IMG/VR virus record: IMGVR_UViG_3300043296_000058
Location: 1 to 33,773 of that record
Direction: 5' to 3' (one strand)
Length of the DNA: 33,773 nt
Source: a virus
Lineage: Duplodnaviria; Caudoviricetes
Shown: in pieces, positions 1 to 8,674 of the stretch
Numbering within the stretch: the first letter of the stretch is position 1
Layout of the letters: each line of letters starts with the position of its first letter
Made by a program: the position numbers and the translations under genes
The notes under the pieces: generated by a model
The model's database searches: none
The model's input: only the letters and a program-made list of their open reading frames with translations
What the model was told of the DNA's origin: nothing

Positions 1-128
1 TCACCCTTTATCATTATTTTATAGAGTTGCCCACTTGTTAGTCTCCACCATGGATCGGCGAGGCATTCTTTAAACTCTTCAGCGTTTTTTGGTACTCTAG
101 TGTCTCTTTCTCTAATAGCCCTAGCCAT
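1..128 (-). CDS. terL: Terminase large subunit, N-terminal fragment (runs off window edge)
   Basis: Own translation from ATG at 128: MARAIRERDTRVPKNAEEFKECLADPWWRLTSGQLYKIMIKG... The LxDPxWRL...LYKI motif is typical of one TerL N-terminus. Overlaps the terS stop. Confidence 0.8.
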   Translation of the reverse strand, partial: MARAIRERDTRVPKNAEEFKECLADPWWRLTSGQLYKIMIKG

Positions 129-615
129 TTGAAGGGCCAAGCGTATTACCTGATATTTCTTGAATAACTAAAGTTAAAGGATTTTCAACACTTCCTGATA
201 ATTCCTTCTTATCAGTTAAGCCTAAGTCTCTTGCAATGATGTTAGGATTTAACAGCCCTGCACTAGCTCCTTCAAACTTCTGAGTCTCTATAATTTCTTT
301 GATTGTACTTGTGACTGAAGAAAAATCTTTTCCCTCGTCAGTGTCTAATTTTAAATTACTAATGAAATCATCAAGATATCTAGTATTCACCCCCCAGAAG
401 ATACATAGCCCTTTTATAGTCATAGCTCGCATTAACTTCTCAGGCTTAGCGCATACCTCTCCTTGATAGATTATCGCCTTTTCTAAAGGGTTATCCTCTA
501 CCCATGAAAAGTAATCAAAGGCGGCCTCAAGCATTAACTCAGGCGTTTTAAATATCTTATCGCGTCCATGCTTTGCTCTTGCTTTCCAGAATTGATTTCC
601 CTTAGTTGCCGCCAT
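121..615 (-). CDS. terS: Terminase small subunit, P22 gp3 family
   Basis: MAATKGNQFWKARAKHGR...F.WVEDNPL...RAMTIKGLCIF...QKFEGASAGLLNPNIIARDLGL closely follows P22 gp3. Confidence 0.95.
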   Translation of the reverse strand: MAATKGNQFWKARAKHGRDKIFKTPELMLEAAFDYFSWVEDNPLEKAIIYQGEVCAKPEKLMRAMTIKGLCIFWGVNTRYLDDFISNLKLDTDEGKDFSSVTSTIKEIIETQKFEGASAGLLNPNIIARDLGLTDKKELSGSVENPLTLVIQEISGNTLGPSNG

Positions 616-929
616 TATGCTAACACCCTAAATTTTTGATAATCACTTTGTCTAATATCTGTTGTTGAAAAATCTAGCTTTGCCTTGTTTCTCCACCTAC
701 CCACATAATCTAAATCATCTAATACAGTGAGATACTCTACATACTCATTAGCAAGCAAGGTTTCACCGTCTACCGTTACAGGTACAGCAGGAATAGAAAC
801 ACCGTTTGTTATTTCTTTAGTTAGCCCTACCTCTGGTTGTAAAATCAACGTAGGAGTTGCCAAGCTAATATCTTCGCCGAAATTAATCCGTATTGGCTGT
901 CCTACTTCATTTTTATTCATGTTACCCAT
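615..929 (-). CDS. Putative virion accessory beta-sandwich protein (BppU N-terminal-like)
   Basis: 104 aa, beta-rich, EY.T..DDLD.VG.W..KAK pattern; coupled to neighbours by overlapping start/stop codons. Confidence 0.5.
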   Translation of the reverse strand: MGNMNKNEVGQPIRINFGEDISLATPTLILQPEVGLTKEITNGVSIPAVPVTVDGETLLANEYVEYLTVLDDLDYVGRWRNKAKLDFSTTDIRQSDYQKFRVLA

Positions 930-1171
930 TATAGTCTACCTCTTGATGTCTTGCCGTTACCCGTAGATGCTGTTTGCGTTAAGCCGTTGCCCGTTGAACC
1001 ATCACTCAATAAGCCATTACCTAATGAGCCACCGCTAATAATACCTCCTGCAACTGGAATAGTAGGAGGTATTATTGTCGATATATCATAACCCATTGTT
1101 ACTAACTCACCTATCGAACCGATAAACGAGCCATTACTAAAGCCGCGAGTAACTAAGCTTGCAATACTCAT
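929..1171 (-). CDS. Small Gly/Ser-rich putative virion accessory protein
   Basis: 80 aa, repeated GS(L/T)GNG motifs; TAATG-type coupling. Confidence 0.55.
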   Translation of the reverse strand: MSIASLVTRGFSNGSFIGSIGELVTMGYDISTIIPPTIPVAGGIISGGSLGNGLLSDGSTGNGLTQTASTGNGKTSRGRL

Positions 1172-2097
1172 TAGCTTGCTCTTGTGCTGCTTGTTGGGTT
1201 AGTAGCATCGTCTAGCGTGTAGGTTGCCGCTGTTGTGCTTCCATCAATCTTCTTAGTTGTTTTAGTTGTGCCAGCATAGGCAAAATCACCTAAATTCTGT
1301 TGGATGTTAAATATACCTTGCGCCAATGTAGGGGCAACACCATCAGCAGCATAACTTTCTGTCATTTGAGTAGTTAGTATTTGTGACACTGTTGGAGCTG
1401 TTGCAACCATATCAGTATTAGTTGTGGTTGTTGCACATAATGTAACGTTTGCCACTGCGTCCGCTGCGGGATCGAAATAAGAAGCCGCTACCAACGTCCT
1501 AGCATTGAATTCTGCCACTGTTGGAACGTCTGCAATGGCTGCTGTGTGGTCTGCTGTTTGCGGGGTATTGCCTGTGTAGGTTGTTAGCGTATTAACTAGC
1601 GTTACAACTGCTACCGCGTCTGTTGCCCATGAGAAGTAATCTGCATCAGGTCTTGTTCTGGCATTAAATTGTGCAACCGATGGGGGTACAACAGTATTAA
1701 ATCCGGTGGCGGTTAACCAGTCACCTTGATTGGTTTGTAGGTCGTTGGTGTCCACTAGTATTGTGTCAACAACCGTATCAATTGCAGAAAACCCAGTTGA
1801 GCCAGCAGCTAAAACATTATTATCTACTGTCTGAGGGAATTGAGTATAAGTTTGAATTGTTGCTGGAATAGCGCCTGTACCAGTAAACGTAACAGAGATA
1901 TGATCTCCATTAGTTTCAGCCTGTGTGATAGTGTAAGAGTGAAAGCCATTACCTTCATGTGTTACAGCACCGCCGCCAGCGCCTTGAGTGCCGCCGTCAA
2001 CAGTAACTAAGGCACTAACAGTACCAGTAAATGCTGTGCCGTCTGCCGCTGTTATCATTTGAGCGCCAATAATTTGAGATGCTACATTTTTTTTCAC
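1171..2097 (-). CDS. Thr/Ala-rich putative fibre or decoration protein with internal repeat
   Basis: 308 aa; two copies of VP..VA.FNART....YF..A.DAVA.VTL; low-charge structural composition. Confidence 0.65.
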   Translation of the reverse strand: MKKNVASQIIGAQMITAADGTAFTGTVSALVTVDGGTQGAGGGAVTHEGNGFHSYTITQAETNGDHISVTFTGTGAIPATIQTYTQFPQTVDNNVLAAGSTGFSAIDTVVDTILVDTNDLQTNQGDWLTATGFNTVVPPSVAQFNARTRPDADYFSWATDAVAVVTLVNTLTTYTGNTPQTADHTAAIADVPTVAEFNARTLVAASYFDPAADAVANVTLCATTTTNTDMVATAPTVSQILTTQMTESYAADGVAPTLAQGIFNIQQNLGDFAYAGTTKTTKKIDGSTTAATYTLDDATNPTSSTRAS

Positions 2098-2106
2098 TTT
2101 ATGCCC

Positions 2107-3582
2107 TTACTGTATTAGTACATTTGCGCTTCTAGCCCAAGCAACTTGAAAGCCAGACACCACCGCTGTAACTGTATGTGTTGGAGTTGCTATTATATCA
2201 CTAGTTCCCGTGGTTAGGCTAGCCGCTGGAATTGTCCATGTGATTGTTTCTGTTTCGGCAGTGTCGTAAGTTGCGAATGCGGGTAATGTGATTGTTGCGA
2301 CTGTATCGCCAACTGATAACACGACATCAGCATTATCTAATGTGCTTTTTATTAACGCATCCCATTTGTTAGCGCCTGTTTTATCTGAGTCTGAACCGCC
2401 TGCAATACCATCTTCGCTTGATGTGCCAGTTACGAAAGTGTCACCCGATAATGTCAATATTATTGTTTTGCCACCCGTAACTATATCAGCTTCGGTTTGT
2501 GTTGGTACTGCTGTACCTGTTATTGATACACCGCCGCTACTAACAGGAATAGGGGTTCCTGCTGTCATAAATGTACTAGGCGAATCTTCATTGTTGAATG
2601 ATGTAGATACAAATGCAGCAGTAGGCTCTATTTGACCGACCATTATTTCATCAATTTCACCAGCGTACGCTAATCCTCCGCCGCCGCCTGTGTTTGCTAT
2701 ATTGTTGCTCTGCGCCACGCCGCCCATTGCGGCAGCAGTTGAAATTGTTACAGATTGTCCATTGATATAAACGGTAAACGAGTTTATATCAGCAGCATCG
2801 ACACCATCAAAAGCTATATCTAGTTTTGTATAGTCGTTTAATATTAAACCTGACGCTCTTAAATTAACCCATTCTGCGGATGATGAACCGAACGTAAATT
2901 GAGTATAAGAACCGCTGCTATTTGTAAATATTTGCCAGCCCGCAGCGGCATCACTCGCTAACGATAACATAACATCATTATCTGTTATATCTGACGCAAT
3001 CCATGCCGATATGTGGTACGGAGTTGCTTTTAGTATGTACACTGTACTACCAATCGCTACCTGTTGATTTGCCCCGTTAAAATCCTGACCGTTGCCGATT
3101 TTACCCGTGACAATAACCCCATTTGATGTACCGTTATTACCGTTCCCCGTTGAATCTACAGCCGTTAATGACTCTAAATGATGGACTATTTTTTTACTCT
3201 GCCATGTGTCATCACGTCCAAAAACTGCGGATGTAGCTGGCTGGGTTAATGCCGCATCACCGTATTCAACATAAATAACCGTGTCAACAGTAGATGAAAC
3301 AACCCAAGAAGGGTCGCTACATCTTAATTGTATCTTTGCATCACCTGCACCTGTGGAAGTATCGTACTCAAAAGTAATAACTTCAAGATTCAATCTGCCT
3401 GTTTGATTTGAATTTAGATAGAAGCGTAAGTCACCACCATCAGCTTTAGCTCTATTAGAGCCGGAAGGGTCAACAATTTCGTTATTTAGCTCTGTACGTG
3501 TAACAAGTAATTGCATACCCGTAACATCAGAAATTACTTTTGTATTGTCTATTGTTATTGATTGCTGGCGAGTATTTGCCAT
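2107..3582 (-). CDS. DUF2341 + LamG/concanavalin A-like lectin domain protein (putative adhesin or virion appendage)
   Basis: DGGDLRFY...IYVEYGD (DUF2341-like) followed by VHHLE...DSTGNGNNGT...GKIGNGQDFNG...ISAWI...VYING...GEIDE (LamG-like). Confidence 0.75.
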   Translation of the reverse strand: MANTRQQSITIDNTKVISDVTGMQLLVTRTELNNEIVDPSGSNRAKADGGDLRFYLNSNQTGRLNLEVITFEYDTSTGAGDAKIQLRCSDPSWVVSSTVDTVIYVEYGDAALTQPATSAVFGRDDTWQSKKIVHHLESLTAVDSTGNGNNGTSNGVIVTGKIGNGQDFNGANQQVAIGSTVYILKATPYHISAWIASDITDNDVMLSLASDAAAGWQIFTNSSGSYTQFTFGSSSAEWVNLRASGLILNDYTKLDIAFDGVDAADINSFTVYINGQSVTISTAAAMGGVAQSNNIANTGGGGGLAYAGEIDEIMVGQIEPTAAFVSTSFNNEDSPSTFMTAGTPIPVSSGGVSITGTAVPTQTEADIVTGGKTIILTLSGDTFVTGTSSEDGIAGGSDSDKTGANKWDALIKSTLDNADVVLSVGDTVATITLPAFATYDTAETETITWTIPAASLTTGTSDIIATPTHTVTAVVSGFQVAWARSANVLIQ

Positions 3583-3585
3583 TAC

Positions 3586-3798
3586 TTACCCTTGTTTATC
3601 TTGCTTGTTAGTGTCCGTTCCGTACCAATTCTTTCTTATTAATACAGCTAATAATATAACGCCAAGTATCGAAGCTATAGCGTCAACTAGAGGGCTCCCC
3701 CAAGCGATCCACCAAGTTTCCATTGCTGTCATTGAGGCTACAAAATACCCAACTTTTGGATTACTTAATATTGCTTCTGTTGCTTGCTTTAAGCTCAC
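3586..3798 (-). CDS. Small two-TM membrane protein, possible holin or antiholin
   Basis: 70 aa, two hydrophobic segments and a charged C-terminus; near the lysis genes. Confidence 0.55.
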   Translation of the reverse strand: MSLKQATEAILSNPKVGYFVASMTAMETWWIAWGSPLVDAIASILGVILLAVLIRKNWYGTDTNKQDKQG

Positions 3799-4268
3799 GC
3801 CACTTTCTCCAACGGTACTTTATCTTTCTCCATGCTATCAATCCTAATAATGCGAACCACAAACAATCTGAGAAAATTTGAAATGCCTCCTGACCCAGCA
3901 GACTTTGTAAATATTCCATGAAGCGACCTTATTGTTAATATTAGTATTTGCATAGATATTATTGATAAGGCTATATTATCATATATTACAGGATCATAAT
4001 ATTTCATGAATAAAAAGTAACCCACTAGGTTTACGGGAATTAGTGAAAACGAAAACAATCCAACAATAAAATGCTTATTGATTATCAGTAAGCCTATACC
4101 GAGATTTAAAAGTGCGCAAAAATGATAATAGTTAAAACCATCAAGGGGGAGGATCAGGTTATCGTAAACAAAGTAGGACACCAAAAAAACACAACATGCC
4201 TTTCTAGTGTCTGAGTTTATAGATAAAAGAATAAATAAAACTATAAACAAATAGTGCAAAGGGTTCAT
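3795..4268 (-). CDS. Polytopic membrane protein of unknown function
   Basis: 157 aa with about five hydrophobic segments; ATGA-coupled to an upstream basic peptide. Confidence 0.75.
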   Translation of the reverse strand: MNPLHYLFIVLFILLSINSDTRKACCVFLVSYFVYDNLILPLDGFNYYHFCALLNLGIGLLIINKHFIVGLFSFSLIPVNLVGYFLFMKYYDPVIYDNIALSIISMQILILTIRSLHGIFTKSAGSGGISNFLRLFVVRIIRIDSMEKDKVPLEKVA

Positions 4269-4375
4269 TTTTTGATTTTACTTTTTTTTGTTCGTGCCGC
4301 TCTAATCTTCTTTTTTTCCTCTTCTAGTTGCTGTGCGGTTTTGCGCTTCTTTCCATCGCCTGAAATATATAACAT
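4265..4375 (-). CDS. 36-aa highly basic peptide (not in ORF track)
   Basis: MLYISGDGKKRKTAQQLEEEKKKIRAARTKKSKIKK; AAGGA RBS upstream; its TGA overlaps the ATG at 4268. Confidence 0.7.
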   Translation of the reverse strand: MLYISGDGKKRKTAQQLEEEKKKIRAARTKKSKIKK

Positions 4376-4403
4376 GAATTAATCCTTTTGTGAGTGGATG
4401 TTT

Positions 4404-4412
4404 ATTGTATCA
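4404..4412 (-). promoter_or_regulatory. Putative extended -10 promoter heading the peptide/membrane/appendage/terminase operon
   Basis: TGA-TACAAT (TGn + -10) overlapping the holin stop codon, about 30 nt upstream of the ATG at 4375. Confidence 0.5.
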
Positions 4413-4796
4413 TTTTTTATAATTCTTAACTGACTTTTCAATGGTTCGCCCTACCGTATAGCCACCAATACCGATTTTTAATAAATCCCACATATCGGGG
4501 GGCAGATCTAGTTTAGGTGCATTATCTAAAAATAATGATAGGTACGGATATAAAATATAGTTGTTGGCAATAATAAAAACAAACACCAACATTGTTATTG
4601 GTCGCCAGTTTGCAGCAAGCCAGTGCTCACTATTAGCCTCTGCGGTTATTACTCCTGCGCTAATCTGTAGCTTTGATAGCTCACCGCTTTGTTGCATTTC
4701 AATTAATTTTATCTTTGCTTTTGCCGCTTCGCCCTTGTCAGGGAAAAACTTATCTAACAATGTCGAACCAAAATTAAGTATCGCTAAAGGGTTCAT
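4410..4796 (-). CDS. Holin of the 3TM (gene-transfer-agent-release type) family
   Basis: LLDKFFPDK..AAKAKIKL...I.AEA.S..WL...WRP...DMW.LL..GIGGY..GRT.EK motif set; directly after the endolysin. Confidence 0.85.
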   Translation of the reverse strand: MNPLAILNFGSTLLDKFFPDKGEAAKAKIKLIEMQQSGELSKLQISAGVITAEANSEHWLAANWRPITMLVFVFIIANNYILYPYLSLFLDNAPKLDLPPDMWDLLKIGIGGYTVGRTIEKSVKNYKK

Positions 4797-4805
4797 AATT
4801 ATTCC

Positions 4806-5186
4806 TTATTTACAAAGGTTATTTTTAAGCCACCACTGAACATTAAATCCTGGGCATTTTTTTCTTGAAATTTCATTATGCCCAATTACTTTCAGTTCAG
4901 GATATTGAATCTTTTTCTTTAAAATTAGGCTTTTCAATATAGCCCATTGCTTATCGTTAAACTCATCAGTGCCAATCATACAAACACCAATGGCGTTATT
5001 GTGACCGCGAGCATGTGAACCTTTCCAATACTCAGGACGACCAGCCTGAAGCTCTCCTTTGGGTGTAATGACCCAATGATAGCCAATACCATCCCAACCA
5101 TTTTCTAAATGCCAGCGATGTATGTCTTCAGCGTTATGGTAGCGTCCATTGGGGGTGGCGCTACAGTGGAGTATTAACTCTTTCAT
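4806..5186 (-). CDS. Endolysin, N-acetylmuramoyl-L-alanine amidase (T7 lysozyme / Amidase_2)
   Basis: ILHCSAT...IHRWH...GW..IGYHWVI...GRP....GSHARGHN...GH......K.CPGF. Start moved to ATG 5186, which has a GAGG RBS. Confidence 0.93.
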   Translation of the reverse strand: MKELILHCSATPNGRYHNAEDIHRWHLENGWDGIGYHWVITPKGELQAGRPEYWKGSHARGHNNAIGVCMIGTDEFNDKQWAILKSLILKKKIQYPELKVIGHNEISRKKCPGFNVQWWLKNNLCK

Positions 5187-5346
5187 CTTTAAAGCCTCTA
5201 TATTCAATGTAATTATCGGAATTTCGTACATCATCATCAATAATTCCCGCCGATATTGCAACGCCAAACGCTACTATACTCATTATAAATACTAACACGC
5301 AAAACATCGGAAATGTATGATCTAACAATTTAAGTATATTTTTCAT
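5161..5346 (-). CDS. Small single-TM membrane protein
   Basis: MKNILKLLDHTFPMFCVLVFIMSIVAFGVAISAGII...; ATG 5346 overlaps the upstream gene end. Confidence 0.6.
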   Translation of the reverse strand: MKNILKLLDHTFPMFCVLVFIMSIVAFGVAISAGIIDDDVRNSDNYIEYRGFKDERVNTPL

Positions 5347-5704
5347 GATTACGCCCTTTTTCAAACTCCGCTTTATACTCACTGACTTTTTTACGCGGTG
5401 CACCTGTTTTCTCAACAATTATACAGCTTTTAATTCCCTTTTTTAATAGCCTCATGATATTTACTTTTAGCGCTTCTTTGTGCCAATACCTAAGCGTTGA
5501 ATCAGCTATGCCAGTCATTTCCTGAACCGTCTTAAACCCTAGCTTTTCATCTAAAAGGCTTAACGCATCAGCTTTAGCCTTTTGACTGTAACGTGTGCCA
5601 GTTGACCCCTTTACCGCAACAAGCCCCTTGATTGATTTGTTTTTAGTGTAATGTGCGCTTGCTTTCTCTGCGCCCAGTTCCTTTGTTAATGTTGATAGGT
5701 TCAT
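5330..5704 (-). CDS. Tandem-HTH DNA-binding protein
   Basis: RYSQKAKADALSLL...FKTVQEMTGIADSTLRYW, then IMRLLKKG...IVEKTGAPRKKVSEY. Confidence 0.7.
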   Translation of the reverse strand: MNLSTLTKELGAEKASAHYTKNKSIKGLVAVKGSTGTRYSQKAKADALSLLDEKLGFKTVQEMTGIADSTLRYWHKEALKVNIMRLLKKGIKSCIIVEKTGAPRKKVSEYKAEFEKGRNHEKYT

Positions 5705-5823
5705 TATATCACTCCAATTAATTTTAATAAAAACGGTATCGACTCAGGATAGTAAATCATTACCGCGACCAATATCCATAAGCAAACATTCACTACTATG
5801 TAAAACTCTGTACGTAAACTCAT
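5704..5823 (-). CDS. 39-aa single-TM protein (start corrected from ORF track)
   Basis: MSLRTEFYIVVNVCLWILVAVMIYYPESIPFLLKLIGVI; ATGA overlap with the upstream 39-aa ORF. Confidence 0.6.
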   Translation of the reverse strand: MSLRTEFYIVVNVCLWILVAVMIYYPESIPFLLKLIGVI

Positions 5824-5939
5824 CCGAATAAATATACCAAGAATGATACAGATAATATTGCAGATACTGCCAATGCTAAAACGCAAAATATAAAATGCTT
5901 AAATCTTCTGTTTCCATATTTATTAAGTAAGTTACTCAT
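5820..5939 (-). CDS. 39-aa single-TM protein (not in ORF track)
   Basis: MSNLLNKYGNRRFKHFIFCVLALAVSAILSVSFLVYLFG; GGAG RBS; overlaps both neighbours. Confidence 0.6.
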   Translation of the reverse strand: MSNLLNKYGNRRFKHFIFCVLALAVSAILSVSFLVYLFG

Positions 5940-6324
5940 GATCATTCTCCGCTCTGATTTCTTTTAGATTATTTCTAACTGTTACCACTGAAACGTCCAG
6001 TGTTTTTGCTAATTCAAGTGGAGTTAATGCAGGGTTATCCTTAAGTAACTCAACCATTTTTAACTTTCTTTCTTTTTTGTTCTTTGCTATTGCGGCGACT
6101 GACAACTCTTTAGCTCTCACCTTCCCCAAAATTTCGATACAGAATCGGGCAGCTGAGTCGTAGGAAGTGGATAGCGCTATTGATATGTCAGTCATTGAAG
6201 CGCCTTTTTCTCTCATGACCGCCGCTTCGACTTTTGAGGCTTGAGAGTATCTTGGCCTCTTAATGCTAACGACCTCGACAGGTGTATCTGTTTTATAGCT
6301 TGCAAAGATGTTGTTTATTAGCAT
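5932..6324 (-). CDS. Tandem-HTH DNA-binding protein
   Basis: RYSQASKVEAAVMREKGASMTDISIALSTS, plus a C-terminal DeoR/HTH_24-like ELLKDNPALTPLELAKTLDVSVVTVRNNLKEI. Confidence 0.75.
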   Translation of the reverse strand: MLINNIFASYKTDTPVEVVSIKRPRYSQASKVEAAVMREKGASMTDISIALSTSYDSAARFCIEILGKVRAKELSVAAIAKNKKERKLKMVELLKDNPALTPLELAKTLDVSVVTVRNNLKEIRAENDHE

Positions 6325-6368
6325 GGTTATTCCCCTAATAGAACGCTCTTCCCTGAGCTATGATTGAT

Positions 6369-6803
6369 CTAAAATGGCAAATCATCGTCGAAATCTACTG
6401 CGCCATTCGTGTTAACTTGTTGCTGACCTTGGTTGACGTTTTGCTGCACTGCTTGGTTTGTATTCTGTCTCGCAGGGCTTTGTTGCTGCTGTGACGCTGG
6501 CACTTGTTGTTGTTGCTGTGGTTGGTATTGCTGTTGTGATGGTTGTTGTGCTCCTTGCTGCGGAGCTTGACCACCTTCTTTCCAGAATATTTTGCCATTA
6601 CCTAAAATATTACCTTTAACGCCTTGCGCCTTTTCTTCTTTGGTAACGTCTTGAGTAATCATTCCGCTATTGCCATATTGATCAAGCTGATCTAAATCAA
6701 CAAAAATAGTGCAATCAAGGTACTTGCCTTTTTGCCCTGCGAATAAACGCGCCTTGTCGATTTGTGATACGTTAATTTTTAAACTTAATGCTACTTTGCT
6801 CAT
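6369..6803 (-). CDS. ssb: Putative single-stranded DNA-binding protein
   Basis: Compact beta-rich N-domain, Gln-rich linker and acidic tail DFDDDLPF; located in the recombination module. Confidence 0.75.
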   Translation of the reverse strand: MSKVALSLKINVSQIDKARLFAGQKGKYLDCTIFVDLDQLDQYGNSGMITQDVTKEEKAQGVKGNILGNGKIFWKEGGQAPQQGAQQPSQQQYQPQQQQQVPASQQQQSPARQNTNQAVQQNVNQGQQQVNTNGAVDFDDDLPF

Positions 6804-6813
6804 GTTGTTATTC

Positions 6814-7560
6814 CTATTTAATTAATCGTTCGTGAATTGCTTTAACCATTGCTACATCATCGTGACAATAATCAATTACTTTTTGCGGGTCAGTTTGCCA
6901 AGTGTCATAAACTAGTGAGCCGTCCATGCCTTCTGTTTTGCCTTTAATACCAAGTATTGCACATAGGTTATCAGCGCTAATTGAATTGCCGTAACCTGCC
7001 CATGCTGTCATCGTGTCGTAACAGTTATAACCATGCTTGGCATCATTCCACTTTACGTTTTTGCAAGTGGATACATTATTAATTACTGAGCGTTTCCAGA
7101 TGAACGGCAAATCGAATTTTGTTATGTAATGCCCAATAAAATTAGGTTTACGAACTTCTAAGCCATTTCTTGAGCACATAGAATCAATGTGTTCATGAAA
7201 GCATTTAAGCATCATAGACTCACTACCTAAACTTTTAATGTCGAATCGAACAGTGTCACCGCCAACATCAATACAAATGCATGCTATCGGAGCAACATCA
7301 GGGTTAAAGCTTGTTTTCTCCCACTTAGCCCGTGCAACATCAGCGCTTTTGCTTTCTGCTAGTTCGTTTTCCCAACGTGAGATCATATCGTCTTTGCTGG
7401 TAAACTTAATTTCTTTAGCATCCGTCAATCCCAAATCAATTGCCGCTTGCGCCTTACTTAAAGTTGATGGTGCTTTAAAGTTTTCTTTAACATCTGCTAA
7501 AATTTGTAAGCGATGTTCTTCTGGTGATCTAAGTGTTTCTATATCTATGTAAATATTCAT
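6814..7560 (-). CDS. DEDD/DnaQ-like 3'-5' exonuclease (PolB-exo2 type)
   Basis: ExoI IDIET, ExoII GHYITKFDLPFI, YDTM, ExoIII YCHDDV. Confidence 0.9.
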   Translation of the reverse strand: MNIYIDIETLRSPEEHRLQILADVKENFKAPSTLSKAQAAIDLGLTDAKEIKFTSKDDMISRWENELAESKSADVARAKWEKTSFNPDVAPIACICIDVGGDTVRFDIKSLGSESMMLKCFHEHIDSMCSRNGLEVRKPNFIGHYITKFDLPFIWKRSVINNVSTCKNVKWNDAKHGYNCYDTMTAWAGYGNSISADNLCAILGIKGKTEGMDGSLVYDTWQTDPQKVIDYCHDDVAMVKAIHERLIK

Positions 7561-8144
7561 TGAGCTGTACCTTTGTTGTAAGTATTATTTAAAATCGTTG
7601 TTAACTCTTCCGTTAGAGTTGGCCATTTTTTAGCAATAACATCACTCCAGTTATCAACAACCCATTGCGCATCACCTGAGTTTATTATAATCAATTCAGT
7701 TTCTTCATCCTTTGGCGCGAAGTGGTTAATCATTTCCTGAACATATTTATTATCATTAAACTTTTTAAGAAATACATCAGCGTTAAAGCCTATTAATGAT
7801 AAGCACTTTGTTATGCCGTCAGTAGTAGCCTTTTTAAAGCAATCTGTGTCCTTTTTCTTCTGAGCGTTGTCGATGTATAAAGAAGCCTGCCCCCATTGGT
7901 CAAAGGTGTTAGCTTTGTCCGTGTGCCACATTCTAATCAACAGACCTAGTTCATTAGTTGGCAAATGCTCAACCTTAACGACTGACCAACCCCAGCCAAT
8001 ACCAACTGGGCCAAACTTAGCAGTAGCGTTTTTAATTTGCTGGTAGGGGTCGATAGCTGTTATCTTTCTGCCAAACGTCACCTCTGTAGTATGATCAGGG
8101 TTTGTTTTTTCTACGCTATCCCACAGCTTTAGATTATCGTTCAT
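7557..8144 (-). CDS. Putative ssDNA-annealing recombinase (Rad52/Sak-like)
   Basis: NLKLWDSVEKT.P...ITAIDP...FGPVGIGWGW...D.FKKATTDGITKCLS.IGF.ADVF; next to the exonuclease and SSB. Confidence 0.65.
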   Translation of the reverse strand: MNDNLKLWDSVEKTNPDHTTEVTFGRKITAIDPYQQIKNATAKFGPVGIGWGWSVVKVEHLPTNELGLLIRMWHTDKANTFDQWGQASLYIDNAQKKKDTDCFKKATTDGITKCLSLIGFNADVFLKKFNDNKYVQEMINHFAPKDEETELIIINSGDAQWVVDNWSDVIAKKWPTLTEELTTILNNTYNKGTAQ

Positions 8145-8280
8145 CAGCTTGCCCACTTAGCATTTCACTTAATTCATATTCAAAACCATCAAGCGCCTTA
8201 GTTACTTCGTCTACATCATCAGTATCTAAATCAATAACTAGTACGCCACCATGTGTGACCTTTAAAATAAAATTACTCAT
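8134..8280 (-). CDS. 48-aa acidic hypothetical protein (not in ORF track)
   Basis: MSNFILKVTHGGVLVIDLDTDDVDEVTKALDGFEYELSEMLSGQADER; GGAGG RBS and ATGA coupling. Confidence 0.7.
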   Translation of the reverse strand: MSNFILKVTHGGVLVIDLDTDDVDEVTKALDGFEYELSEMLSGQADER

Positions 8281-8474
8281 TTTGAAACCTCCATTTTATC
8301 AACTTCTGCCTGAGCTTCTGTCGCAAGCTTTAAAATTTCATCGGCGCCAAGATTAAAATGCACTTCTCTTGTGTCGATTAATTTCCAGCCTTTACAACAA
8401 TGATTGATAGGTGTTATTAAAAACTCAGGCTTGCCGTTAATATCTAACCCTGTTACGAATGTGTAAACTTTCAT
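8277..8474 (-). CDS. Hypothetical protein
   Basis: Start at ATG 8474 (MKVYTFVTG...), ATGA-coupled, with GGTGGA RBS. Confidence 0.7.
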   Translation of the reverse strand: MKVYTFVTGLDINGKPEFLITPINHCCKGWKLIDTREVHFNLGADEILKLATEAQAEVDKMEVSK

Positions 8475-8644
8475 TTTTGTCCACCTAATTCTATAACGTG
8501 TGAGCATTGTTGGTTGTCACACCCTAACCAGTGAGCGCCAGCGTAATGCTCTTCAGTCATCGGTGATTCACATTTAGGGCAGTATTCTTCGTCTGGCTCG
8601 TTAACGTGGTCTGCGATTTGGCTTGATACTGGGCAATTGCTCAT
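8471..8644 (-). CDS. Small zinc-ribbon protein
   Basis: CPKC...CDNQQC; first gene after the leftward promoter. Confidence 0.65.
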   Translation of the reverse strand: MSNCPVSSQIADHVNEPDEEYCPKCESPMTEEHYAGAHWLGCDNQQCSHVIELGGQK

Positions 8645-8674
8645 TTCGTTTGCTCGGTTTGTTTCAGTCATTAA

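Noticed and set aside
6330-6367. tRNA D-arm-like TAGCTCAGGGAAGAGC on the minus strand after ssb
   Set aside because: No T-arm (GTTCRA), acceptor pairing or 7-nt anticodon loop. At most a small hairpin or tRNA remnant.
6410-6570. CAG/CAA-rich tract
   Set aside because: It encodes the ordinary Gln-rich disordered linker of the SSB.
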